64,000 nucleotides of DNA from Methanobacteriota archaeon (lineage in GTDB: Archaea; Thermoplasmatota; Poseidoniia; Poseidoniales; Poseidoniaceae), in contig JAAZXA010000068.1 of assembly GCA_014240385.1 (NCBI GenBank), forward strand, positions 29,090 to 93,089, written 5' to 3'. Shown piece by piece: positions 42,098-50,204 of this stretch (positions are counted from its first letter, which is position 1; every line of letters starts with the position of its first letter). The notes below the pieces were generated by a model. That model had not been told where the DNA came from. It did no database searches and saw only the letters and a program-made list of their open reading frames with translations. A program made the position numbers and the translations under genes.

Positions 42098-42563
42098 GTG
42101 TGGTATAATTTCTTCGTGGTTTTAGGCCACAGGAGGTATATGAATAGGCCCTTTTACTCTCTTTCCTTTGGATCTAGAGGCCTCAAGCTGCTACTCTTGG
42201 CCTCTTTCTCTAGAAAGAGTGTATTTTGGGTATTTCTTCATGTTCTCCACTGTATTGTGCCACAGGGGGTATATGAATAGGCCACTTGCAGTCAATTTCA
42301 AGATCGCTGAAAGGGCATGATTAGCTTCTCATGCCTTCGCTTTCAATTATTGCTTCAATATGGGTATTTCTTCATGTTCTCCACTGTATTGTGCCACAGG
42401 GGGTATATGAATAGGCCATATTTCGGTAACATCTCCAGATCTCTCCTTCGAAAGCTACTCCTGGCATGGCCGTAGGCCAAACAGGGTGAAATATGGGTAT
42501 TTCTTCATGTTCTCCACTGTATTGTGCCACAGGTGTTATTTGGCAAGGCCGTTTCCGTTAACC
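42098..42563 (+). promoter_or_regulatory. four tandem promoter-like repeats at about 133-bp phasing; the last drives the TFB-like gene
   Basis: TGGGTATTTCTTCATGTTCTCCACTGTATTGTGCCACAGGGGGTATATGAATAGGCC at 42227 and 42360; degenerate copy at 42098; copy at 42493 ends GGTGTTATTTGGCAAGGCC, 28 nt before ATG 42564. Confidence 0.75.
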
Positions 42564-43694
42564 ATGGCGAGTAATGACGATACGGCCAATCAGATGGGGG
42601 CGACTGCTGATTTTTCGTCAATATCGTCTGTCCTTTGTCCTGCATTCGAACAGCCGCCTGGGTGTGCCGTCTCCCTTGCCAAGCAACAAAACTTTGATTC
42701 TTTGTCAGTCGACTCTATGACTGGGAGGGCGTATTGCGGATCATGCGGCGTGGAATTCGTTGTTGACCGTTATCAGGTTAGTCATGAGCAGAAAAAGAGT
42801 GATGATGGGATAGAAACCTACGGATCTGTTCTCTCCAAGTCTGGGAAGCAACGGAATAGGGAACAATCCTTTGACCGCCTGGGCTATCTTTGTATTAGCA
42901 AGTTGGACTTATCTCAAAGTGTGTTGGCACAAGCTACCCGCTACCTGTACGATATGATGGAAGGTGGAGCCGCTAAAGGAGGTCGGGGTTTTCCCCAACT
43001 CGAAGTGGTTGCGGCTTATGTGGCAGGTAGAATGCATAATCAATCCCTTACTCTCGAACATGTTGTTAATATCCATCGAGATTGGATTACAGAAGAAGGG
43101 GAGTTCAAATCGATAAAGGCGGCATCTATGAAATCAGTTAATCGATTGCTGCAGAATATGACTAGGGAAAACATTCTGCCTTACCCCCGCCCTTCTGCAG
43201 ATGATATCATTGGTTCTAATTCGTGGTGCTTGGCTAATCTAGATGAAGTCATTATTCAGAATGCTAAGGAGTTGTCTAATTGCGGAGTCCAAGGTTCCCC
43301 CGATTCTATTGCTGCAGCATCGGTGATGGTGGCTGCGAAGAATAAGCGTGTTGTGAAACCCGGAGATGACTTATCGCGGCCACGAACACAAATGGCCGGA
43401 GAGGAAGATGGGCAGCGTTTAACGCTCGAAGTGATTGCCAAATTGTTTCCTGGCACTACTGCTAGAACTGTAAGGCGAAGAATGAAAGAGATTAGGGATG
43501 TTTTGGAACTTAGGCTACCTCTAACACGAGAGCAAGTAGAGGTTCTTGAAAATCCTGATCCCCGCAAGGTGCGTGTCCGTAATACTGTTGAGGAAGTATT
43601 CAGTCAATTGGATTCGGAATTGGAAGGAAAGATACCATTGACTTCTAAGGATGTAGCAATTCTACGAAAATTGAAAGATTCAAACAAGAGGTAA
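42564..43694 (+). CDS. TFB/TFIIB-like transcription factor (376 aa)
   Basis: track ORF 42486..43694 trimmed to MASNDD. N-terminal Cys pairs (CPAF..GC, CGSCG). Two cyclin-like repeats: RGFPQLEVVAAYVAGRMHNQSLTLEHV and GSPDSIAAASVMVAA...LTLEVIAKLFPGTTARTVRRRMKEI. Confidence 0.7.
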   Translation: MASNDDTANQMGATADFSSISSVLCPAFEQPPGCAVSLAKQQNFDSLSVDSMTGRAYCGSCGVEFVVDRYQVSHEQKKSDDGIETYGSVLSKSGKQRNREQSFDRLGYLCISKLDLSQSVLAQATRYLYDMMEGGAAKGGRGFPQLEVVAAYVAGRMHNQSLTLEHVVNIHRDWITEEGEFKSIKAASMKSVNRLLQNMTRENILPYPRPSADDIIGSNSWCLANLDEVIIQNAKELSNCGVQGSPDSIAAASVMVAAKNKRVVKPGDDLSRPRTQMAGEEDGQRLTLEVIAKLFPGTTARTVRRRMKEIRDVLELRLPLTREQVEVLENPDPRKVRVRNTVEEVFSQLDSELEGKIPLTSKDVAILRKLKDSNKR

Positions 43695-44135
43695 TGTGAT
43701 TTCCCTTTTGGTTTTCTTGGAATCTTTTCTGTATTGCAACAGAACATAATGGATGTCTCTGCGATTGTAGCTTCCGTTTTCATCTGGTTCTGCGGACCAA
43801 CAGGCATACCTTAGTGAGCGGTTTTCTTCCTGCATTAGTTCCAACATGGTTTCAGGGCCAACGCTGTACACTTCCTTGACTTCTCTGAGAGATAATTGCT
43901 CATCTGGAACTAATCGCCAAAGTGTTCGTCTGTATTCTCCTGTTCCATCCTTTGTTCTTTCAACACCTGCTGGATCAAACCTTTCTGGGTATGATGAAAG
44001 GATCCCAGCAATTACTGATTTCCGTTCTTTACCCATTTTGTCTAGTATTCGGTCAAAAGGGAGAATTTCATCTTTGGACTCATGGAAGATTTTCTCAATC
44101 TTTGGGACAAGGCGGTTTTTTGCCTTCCTTGCCAT
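43680..44135 (-). CDS. putative winged-helix protein (151 aa)
   Basis: track ORF; GAGG-type SD upstream of ATG 44135; contains an internal sense-strand AAACCGCTCAC at 43814-43822. Confidence 0.6.
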   Translation of the reverse strand: MARKAKNRLVPKIEKIFHESKDEILPFDRILDKMGKERKSVIAGILSSYPERFDPAGVERTKDGTGEYRRTLWRLVPDEQLSLREVKEVYSVGPETMLELMQEENRSLRYACWSAEPDENGSYNRRDIHYVLLQYRKDSKKTKREITLPLV

Positions 44136-44428
44136 CAGGCCTCATCCCCCTCGTCCTTCCTAAGTTGTGTGAGTTCTTGCACCAGCCGCCAGACTATGTC
44201 GTCCATTGTCTCGCCCCTGTTGCCGAGGCTATTCAAGATTTCATGCGTTCTTTGCTTAACATTGATGTGTTTCAACTTTGAGCCGTCTGCCGCAATGTTC
44301 CCCATGAGACCAACTGTGTGTATCTGTCGTATAAGCGACTCGGAGGGATTGGGATGGGATGTGAAAGGCTGTGATACTTGGGCAAGAGGGGAGAGAGTTT
44401 ATGCACCGTGCGCTGAAAGGCGCCCATA

Positions 44429-44635
44429 ATGAAAGCAGAAGATCCTCTAGTGCAAACCTTACTCAAGACCCTGATGGAGTTAGAAAAGGTGGATGAAAAA
44501 GACTTGAGACACATGATTGAAGTTGCTGGACAACTATGTACCCAACTCGAGCGGCCGGAGAGTATTGCGGCCTTGATGTTTCAGGTGATGGATGTTTCCA
44601 AAGCGGTTGATTCCTCGATTACTGGTTATGCCTGA
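44429..44635 (+). CDS. hypothetical protein (68 aa)
   Basis: track ORF; TTTATGCACC box begins 31 nt upstream of the ATG (leaderless-type spacing). Confidence 0.6.
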   Translation: MKAEDPLVQTLLKTLMELEKVDEKDLRHMIEVAGQLCTQLERPESIAALMFQVMDVSKAVDSSITGYA

Positions 44636-44639
44636 ATCC

Positions 44640-44654
44640 TTCATACGACTGAAC
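44640..44654 (+). promoter_or_regulatory. promoter-like box P1 TTCATACGACTGAAC
   Basis: ATACGACTGAAC begins exactly 27 nt before ATG 44670. Confidence 0.6.
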
Positions 44655-44669
44655 ACCTTCGGCTCTCAC

Positions 44670-47111
44670 ATGAGAGTAGGTTTTCTCCTGTTAGGCAACG
44701 CCCCGTTTTACTTGACTGGGTATGGTACGCAATTGAAAATTCTAGGCGACAAATTAATTGAAGAGGGTTACCCTGTAGGTCATGTTGTTGACTTTGGATA
44801 TGCTGGACAACATATGGAATGGGAAGGGCGAACTGTTTACCCCCATGATAAGTTGCCAGGAACTCTGACTGCTGATACAATGAAATCGCACATCCTGTCT
44901 TTTCAACATAAACACGGTTTAGATCAAGTCGTTGTTTGGTCTTTGGGTGATACATGGAAATTGAGTAAGTTGAATCAAGCCATCAAGCACCCGTATTGGA
45001 TTTGCATGACTCCTGTTGATTCGGATAGGATGGATGGCGGTTCAATTACCGCTCACAATAATTCATGGTTGCAAGCCGCAATATCGAAACATGGTGTTGA
45101 AATTATGAGGGCTGCTGGATTAACTGGCATCAATTACCTCCCCCACATGGTCGGAGATTCCTTTGTGCCAATAAATCAAGAGTATGCTAGAGCCGCATGT
45201 GGTTTGCCTCAAGATCCCTTTGTCGTTGGTTTCTTTGGAGACATGAGTATGCGTAAATGCCCTCATGAGAATCTAGAGGCTTTTGCAATTTTCAAGCAGT
45301 CCGTACCGAACTCCCTCCTCTTCATCAAGACTAGTAACCATGTCCAACAGGTTCAATTCCATGAATTAATTCATAGGCTGGGTTTGCAGAATTCGGTTAT
45401 CACAATTCCCCCCTATGATTCCCTTCTAGGGCTAACGGATTATGAGATGGCACGAGCCCTCTCCAGTTTGGATGTGCTTCTTCATGTGAGTTCCCAAGAG
45501 GGTTTTGGAATCATACAAGTTGAAGCCCAAATGTGCGGAGTACCTGTTATCAACATGGATTTTGGTTCCCAAAGAGAGCTTCAAGGAAATCCCGAACTGT
45601 TGGTTCCTGTGGAACAGATGAATCGTGTTGATGGTGGAATGAAGGTTCCATTTGCGGCACCTGAGAAGATAGCGGAGAAGTTGATGTCTGTTTACAACCA
45701 TCTCAATAAAGTCAGCAGTCTTTCCGATGGTTTTATCGTCAAAAGGGCAATCGAACATGCAGAAACATACAGGGTTGATAAGGTGTGGGACGAGTATTAC
45801 AAGCCATTCCTCAAAGGGATGATTGGATCTATTGATGCGGTTTCTAGAGTTGTTATTCCCCCCCGTTCATTGAAGAAGGTGGGCATTGTTTCTACATTCG
45901 ATACTGAATGTGGAATTGCTACTTACACCCACATGCTTGCTACAAAATTGGTAGAGCAGGGAATGGAAGTTGTTGTCTTTTCGGAAACAGACGGTGAGTT
46001 TGAAGAAGTTCTTGAACATGAAGGTATTCGGCACCATCGATGTTGGAATCGAATGAATCCAAACACCAAATTATTCCGTGAACTTGTTGAGAGGGAGGGT
46101 TGCGATATTATCCACTTCCAGCACGAATGGCAGTTGTTCAAGAGTACGGGGTTGATTGAGGAACTTCGAGATGTACAAGTTAAGAAAGCCATCACATATC
46201 ATACCCCTCAGCCCGACCAAATGCGTAAATTGCTAAGGATTACTGATTCAACCGTTGATGCCCACATAACGCACTGGCCGGAGACTACCCAGTTGTTGCC
46301 AATGGTTTGTGAACATGGGATGTTGAATGGTGTCCAAACCATCAAACATGGTGTCCTTGAGCATTCACTTGTCCAGGACAAGTCTGTTCTGGGCATTCCT
46401 GAAAAGGTTCCAGTATTCTTCACCTTTGGTTTTGCTTCTTCAAGCAAGGGGTTGGATTATTTCATTGATGCGGCCATCCAAGCTTCTAAGAATCCAAATT
46501 GCCGGTACTTCGAAGTTGTAATTGCAATGTCCTATCATCCCGATTGGGATATGAGCGACTTGGCGAAGGAGATTAGAGCGAAGGCTGGTTCTGTTGATTT
46601 CATTACGCTTATTGAAGGATGGATGGATGATGATTCACTTGATGTTCATGCGGCTGCTAGTGACTACCTTGTTTTCCCCTACCGTTGGTACCAACAGATC
46701 CATAGTGCGTCTGGCGCAGTTAGACGCGTTTTGGGTCATGGTAAGCCCGTCTTGGTTACAGATGAGGGAAGGCTTCGAGATTTGACTGGAGGCGTACACG
46801 GTTGGAAGTTCGGCCAATACGATGTAGATGGCTTCGCTGCTGCTATTGTTGATGCGTCTTCATTACTTGGCAGTCCTCGGTATCAAAAGATGGCCCAAGC
46901 GGTCAAGGATTACTCTTCTTTGACCTCGTGGGATAATATTGCTGCGCAACACATTCAACTTTACGATAAGGTCTGTGGCTTGTGGTCGGTGGTTCCAGAG
47001 GGTATGTCACGAGCCCAAAGAGTTGAGATTGATTTACCATTCCCAGAATTACTTGATTCGGATGTTCAAGTGGATCGTTGGCATTTGCATAGGGGTGACG
47101 AAGAAGAATGA
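44670..47111 (+). CDS. large two-domain glycosyltransferase (GT-B, GT4-like; 813 aa)
   Basis: track ORF 44592..47111 trimmed to MRVGFLLLG; VSSQEGFGIIQVEAQMCGVPVI E-x7-E region; second Rossmann-like half begins KVGIVSTFDTECGIATY. Confidence 0.8.
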   Translation: MRVGFLLLGNAPFYLTGYGTQLKILGDKLIEEGYPVGHVVDFGYAGQHMEWEGRTVYPHDKLPGTLTADTMKSHILSFQHKHGLDQVVVWSLGDTWKLSKLNQAIKHPYWICMTPVDSDRMDGGSITAHNNSWLQAAISKHGVEIMRAAGLTGINYLPHMVGDSFVPINQEYARAACGLPQDPFVVGFFGDMSMRKCPHENLEAFAIFKQSVPNSLLFIKTSNHVQQVQFHELIHRLGLQNSVITIPPYDSLLGLTDYEMARALSSLDVLLHVSSQEGFGIIQVEAQMCGVPVINMDFGSQRELQGNPELLVPVEQMNRVDGGMKVPFAAPEKIAEKLMSVYNHLNKVSSLSDGFIVKRAIEHAETYRVDKVWDEYYKPFLKGMIGSIDAVSRVVIPPRSLKKVGIVSTFDTECGIATYTHMLATKLVEQGMEVVVFSETDGEFEEVLEHEGIRHHRCWNRMNPNTKLFRELVEREGCDIIHFQHEWQLFKSTGLIEELRDVQVKKAITYHTPQPDQMRKLLRITDSTVDAHITHWPETTQLLPMVCEHGMLNGVQTIKHGVLEHSLVQDKSVLGIPEKVPVFFTFGFASSSKGLDYFIDAAIQASKNPNCRYFEVVIAMSYHPDWDMSDLAKEIRAKAGSVDFITLIEGWMDDDSLDVHAAASDYLVFPYRWYQQIHSASGAVRRVLGHGKPVLVTDEGRLRDLTGGVHGWKFGQYDVDGFAAAIVDASSLLGSPRYQKMAQAVKDYSSLTSWDNIAAQHIQLYDKVCGLWSVVPEGMSRAQRVEIDLPFPELLDSDVQVDRWHLHRGDEEE

Positions 47112-47335
47112 CTGAATGGAAGAAGGAAGATGTTGGCAAGGAAACTCCCGTTTTTATCGAGGGAGTGAAGGTGATTGATATGATTGTTGAAGTAATGTTG
47201 CCAGATGGGCAGGTTATTATTGGGCCTCAATTGGCGTGTGCTCATATTTTTGCTCGTTATTCAATGGTTCCTGCAATGGAGATGGTTAGCGAAGCTACAC
47301 AGAAAACAATTGAAAGCATGGAGGGGGATGCATGA
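47108..47335 (+). CDS. hypothetical protein (75 aa)
   Basis: track ORF; ATGA overlap with the glycosyltransferase stop. Confidence 0.65.
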   Translation: MTEWKKEDVGKETPVFIEGVKVIDMIVEVMLPDGQVIIGPQLACAHIFARYSMVPAMEMVSEATQKTIESMEGDA

Positions 47336-47418
47336 CGCCAGGAGTGGTATACAAGTGTGTGAAATGTGGTGTTTGGAGTATGGGTACTCACAAATGCGTT
47401 CAAGAGGAGGAAGAGTAG
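47332..47418 (+). CDS. zinc-ribbon micro-protein (28 aa)
   Basis: MTPGVVYKCVKCGVWSMGTHKCVQEEEE; GGAGGGGGA SD; ATGA overlap upstream, stop abuts ATG 47419. Confidence 0.45.
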   Translation: MTPGVVYKCVKCGVWSMGTHKCVQEEEE

Positions 47419-48177
47419 ATGTTATCCGTAATCTGTTGTACTGCCCGTCAAGAGGCAGGTATCAAAGAGATGTTGAAGAGTTTGGAAAAGCAGACGCATA
47501 CTGATTTCGAGTTTGTTTTGGTTGATAAGGCATGGGAATCTCGCAACGGGGCTTTCATCCTGATGCTGGATAATTCGTCGGTTAATTGCAAATACATCAA
47601 AGACGAATCCAAACATGGATTTGTTTCGATTGCCTCTGCTCGGAACCTAGCAGTTGAGTCCTCCGATGGAGATTGGATCGTTTCAGTTGATGATAGGACG
47701 CTGTTCTACCCCGATACCTTGGAACTACATGCGCAAGCATTTGAGGAAGGTTGGGATGGTATGGCGGGTTTTTCTGATTTCCACCACGAAGGCGTTTTTG
47801 CTGAGAAAGAACCAGACAAAGAGGATGAGAGGGGAGATAACCCCCAGTCAGGACATGGGAAATATGCATCAAGTAATTTCTTTGGCTATCACATGGGGTT
47901 CTCGAAGAAGGCTTGGGCTAAGGTCCGGGGTTTCGATGAGAACTATGATGGTGTTTACGGGTGGGAAGATTGTGATTTTGGTTTGAGGCTCGGTAATGCG
48001 GGAGCGGTTGTGAAATTGGGAACCCAATGTCGTGTGCTGCAGATTCGAGACGCTGCACATGGCGAGGTTTTCCAGAAGGATGATGCGCCACATGCAATTA
48101 CTGGAGGTCACATCAGATGGCGTAATGACCGAATGTATAGGCTCACATTAATGAACAGGGGCAGGTGCAGGTGGTAA
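47419..48177 (+). CDS. family-2-like glycosyltransferase (252 aa)
   Basis: track ORF; LSVICCTARQEAGIKEMLKSLEKQTHTDFEFVLVD N-terminal GT-A pattern, VSVDD acidic motif; GAGGAGGAAG SD. Confidence 0.7.
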   Translation: MLSVICCTARQEAGIKEMLKSLEKQTHTDFEFVLVDKAWESRNGAFILMLDNSSVNCKYIKDESKHGFVSIASARNLAVESSDGDWIVSVDDRTLFYPDTLELHAQAFEEGWDGMAGFSDFHHEGVFAEKEPDKEDERGDNPQSGHGKYASSNFFGYHMGFSKKAWAKVRGFDENYDGVYGWEDCDFGLRLGNAGAVVKLGTQCRVLQIRDAAHGEVFQKDDAPHAITGGHIRWRNDRMYRLTLMNRGRCRW

Positions 48178-48178
48178 T

Positions 48179-48313
48179 ATGAAAACAAATGGACGCAGAT
48201 ATCGCAGATTAATGGCGGCTTGGAAGAAGAATAGAAGAGGGCGTTCGAAGCCTGTAGCTTCTAAGCGTCAAGGCCGTCCGGTAAGCAAGAAGAGAACCCC
48301 TCGGAGGAGATGA
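48179..48313 (+). CDS. highly basic micro-protein (44 aa)
   Basis: MKTNGRRYRRLMAAWKKNRRGRSKPVASKRQGRPVSKKRTPRRR fills the gap between neighbouring genes exactly. Confidence 0.45.
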   Translation: MKTNGRRYRRLMAAWKKNRRGRSKPVASKRQGRPVSKKRTPRRR

Positions 48314-48314
48314 A

Positions 48315-48950
48315 ATGGTTGATGGTCTTCTGCAGCATGATGAATATTCTGATGTTTGTCCAATCTGCAAGGAAATTGTCACCGAAGAAGAATGGCCTGT
48401 GCCGATTTCGAGAATGGAAGAACGGACAGGGCAGAAGTTTCCCCCTTGCGTAGTATGTGGTTCTGATGAAGACATCCATTACAATTACCTGACTATGCCT
48501 CAGAAGGATGGAAGAGGATTCAATCACAATCTTTTGCTGTGGTGCGAATCCTGCGGAAGTGGTACGCAACATGATGGGTTTGATGTATTGACAGGTAAGC
48601 CCAAGATCGCCCTGCGATTACCGAATGAGTTTTCCAATGATTCGATGGAGAAGGCGAAGGAACGGCTTGAAGCGGCTTTGGCCGCAGGTGAACAGGATGA
48701 AGAACTCGCCCAGGAGATCCAAGCAATGTTAGTCATGCGTGGTTTTTTCCGAGTCCACCATTACCCTTGCTTAGATGATGGTTGGGATGCGATGGGGCAT
48801 GGAGTCCGACCACTAGAAAGAAACGAGATTATGAAGAGGTTCTATGAATGGTCTAATGATGAGGCCATAGGTGTGGCCGAACTGTCTGACAATCCTTTGA
48901 CGAAGAATAAATCTCCTAGGACTCGAAAGCGTGGGAAGCGTTGGTGGTAA
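48315..48950 (+). CDS. multi-zinc-finger protein (211 aa)
   Basis: track ORF; GGAGGAG SD; CPICKE, CVVCGS, CESCGS. Confidence 0.7.
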   Translation: MVDGLLQHDEYSDVCPICKEIVTEEEWPVPISRMEERTGQKFPPCVVCGSDEDIHYNYLTMPQKDGRGFNHNLLLWCESCGSGTQHDGFDVLTGKPKIALRLPNEFSNDSMEKAKERLEAALAAGEQDEELAQEIQAMLVMRGFFRVHHYPCLDDGWDAMGHGVRPLERNEIMKRFYEWSNDEAIGVAELSDNPLTKNKSPRTRKRGKRWW

Positions 48951-48958
48951 CGAACTGA

Positions 48959-48973
48959 TTATATGACTGAACC
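48959..48973 (+). promoter_or_regulatory. promoter-like box P2 TTATATGACTGAACC
   Basis: ATATGACTGAAC begins exactly 27 nt before ATG 48988. Confidence 0.6.
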
Positions 48974-48987
48974 ACTTGAACCAAATC

Positions 48988-49146
48988 ATGCGAGACCCAA
49001 CCTACAAAATCGCCCTAGTCTTTGAAGATGCAGAAGGAAACAATGTTACTCTGGCAACAGATGTACCTGAGAACCAAGTCGGATTGGCACATGCTTCAAT
49101 GTTGAAGCTTGCTGCTGGACTCAAAGGCAAGAGCGACGACGAGTGA
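48988..49146 (+). CDS. hypothetical protein (52 aa), below track cutoff
   Basis: MRDPTYKIALVFEDAEGNNVTLATDVPENQVGLAHASMLKLAAGLKGKSDDE; start positioned by box P2. Confidence 0.5.
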   Translation: MRDPTYKIALVFEDAEGNNVTLATDVPENQVGLAHASMLKLAAGLKGKSDDE

Positions 49147-49189
49147 TTAAAAGCGTAAATGCTAAGGGGCAGAGCCTCTTCGCCTGTTC

Positions 49190-49729
49190 ATGCTCAGCCA
49201 ACCGCATTCTGCTGTAAATCACATGAATTACAGTATTCTTGGTTCACATACTGTTCAAGATGCGGCCAATAATGCGAAGAATAATTTCTCTCCTTCGCAG
49301 AGATCTAGACATGCTCGAACCGCATATCAGAATAATCATCAGAATCTAATGCAACCGGCTATTGCTAACAATCCTCATCTTGCAGATGTTTTGAGAGGTT
49401 CTCAAGATCCAATGGGCGCCTCTTGGAATACTGGCGCTTTTCTCATCGCCGCAGGCGTGGGTGGGTTATTGTCGGTGGTGTCGTCGTCGAAGGACTTGAA
49501 GAGTTTTGGGAAATCGAAGAAGACACAAAGGAGAAACATTACCATTGGTACTATGATTGCTGCTTGTGGGCTGCTTGCAGTTGGATATTCGAAGAATTCT
49601 GAATTAATTCCCGCAGGTATCGGACTTCTTTCTGGCAATGTGGTTGGCAACAACTTGTGGTCTATCGGCTCCCGCGATTCTGGATTCGACTTTACGCCTT
49701 CGAAGTCCCTATTTGAGTTGGACTACTAG
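49190..49729 (+). CDS. membrane protein (179 aa; start uncertain, alternative ATG 49223)
   Basis: track ORF; TM segments GAFLIAAGVGGLLSVV and IGTMIAACGLLAVG. Confidence 0.65.
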   Translation: MLSQPHSAVNHMNYSILGSHTVQDAANNAKNNFSPSQRSRHARTAYQNNHQNLMQPAIANNPHLADVLRGSQDPMGASWNTGAFLIAAGVGGLLSVVSSSKDLKSFGKSKKTQRRNITIGTMIAACGLLAVGYSKNSELIPAGIGLLSGNVVGNNLWSIGSRDSGFDFTPSKSLFELDY

Positions 49730-49739
49730 ATGGGAATGG

Positions 49740-49754
49740 TTCAAACGGCTGAAC
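49740..49754 (+). promoter_or_regulatory. promoter-like box P3 TTCAAACGGCTGAAC
   Basis: AAACGGCTGAAC begins exactly 27 nt before ATG 49770. Confidence 0.6.
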
Positions 49755-49769
49755 CGGCTGGCATTGTCT

Positions 49770-50195
49770 ATGTCGGCAGAAGATGACTCGCACACATTAC
49801 GCATCTTTGGGTTACTTTTCGTAAACTCATTTCTGATTGGTGCGGCAGTTGGGATCCACCAGCAGGGGCTTTGGTTCCCTGAAGAAAGTAATTGGGCTAA
49901 GATTGCAGGCCTCTATATGATGAGTGCTACATTTATTCAAATGGTTGCATTTATGATTTACAAATTGTTCTTCCAGGAGCGACTTGAAGATCAATCGTAT
50001 ATTCAAGGGCTTCATTCCTCTATGCGTCGTAGTATGAAGAAAATTAATGCGGAGACTCAACAATTCCAAGTGGGTCTCGAATTGGAAGCTAAGAGAGCCC
50101 AACAGCAGAAGCAGATGCAATTGCTACGAAATAAGGTCATGGAAGATGATGATGAGTCTGGCCTTAGCGAGAAGATGATGATTGAACTTCGGTGA
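49770..50195 (+). CDS. membrane protein with C-terminal coiled coil (141 aa)
   Basis: track ORF 49638..50195 trimmed to the ATG set by box P3; TM segments LLFVNSFLIGAAVGI and LYMMSATFIQMVAFMIY. Confidence 0.65.
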   Translation: MSAEDDSHTLRIFGLLFVNSFLIGAAVGIHQQGLWFPEESNWAKIAGLYMMSATFIQMVAFMIYKLFFQERLEDQSYIQGLHSSMRRSMKKINAETQQFQVGLELEAKRAQQQKQMQLLRNKVMEDDDESGLSEKMMIELR

Positions 50196-50204
50196 GGCTA
50201 CCTT

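Noticed and set aside
42098-42563. Tandem direct repeats with unique spacers, considered as a viral mini-CRISPR array
   Set aside because: The repeat unit is ~57 nt and the spacers ~75 nt, outside normal CRISPR dimensions. The repeats end in TATA-like boxes and the last sits at promoter distance from a gene. No cas genes are present.
44082-44514. ORFs 43922..44281 (+), 44082..44429 (+) and 44272..44514 (-) in the divergent intergenic region
   Set aside because: The three overlap one another and have no SD or promoter-box support. The region is better read as the divergent control region between 44135 (-) and 44429 (+).
44643-44650. ATACGACT in box P1 is identical to an 8-mer of the phage T7 promoter (TAATACGACTCACTATAG)
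   Set aside because: Only one of the five boxes has it, the remainder of the T7 consensus is absent, and no single-subunit RNAP gene is seen. The fixed 27-nt distance to the ATG fits an archaeal TATA-type arrangement better.
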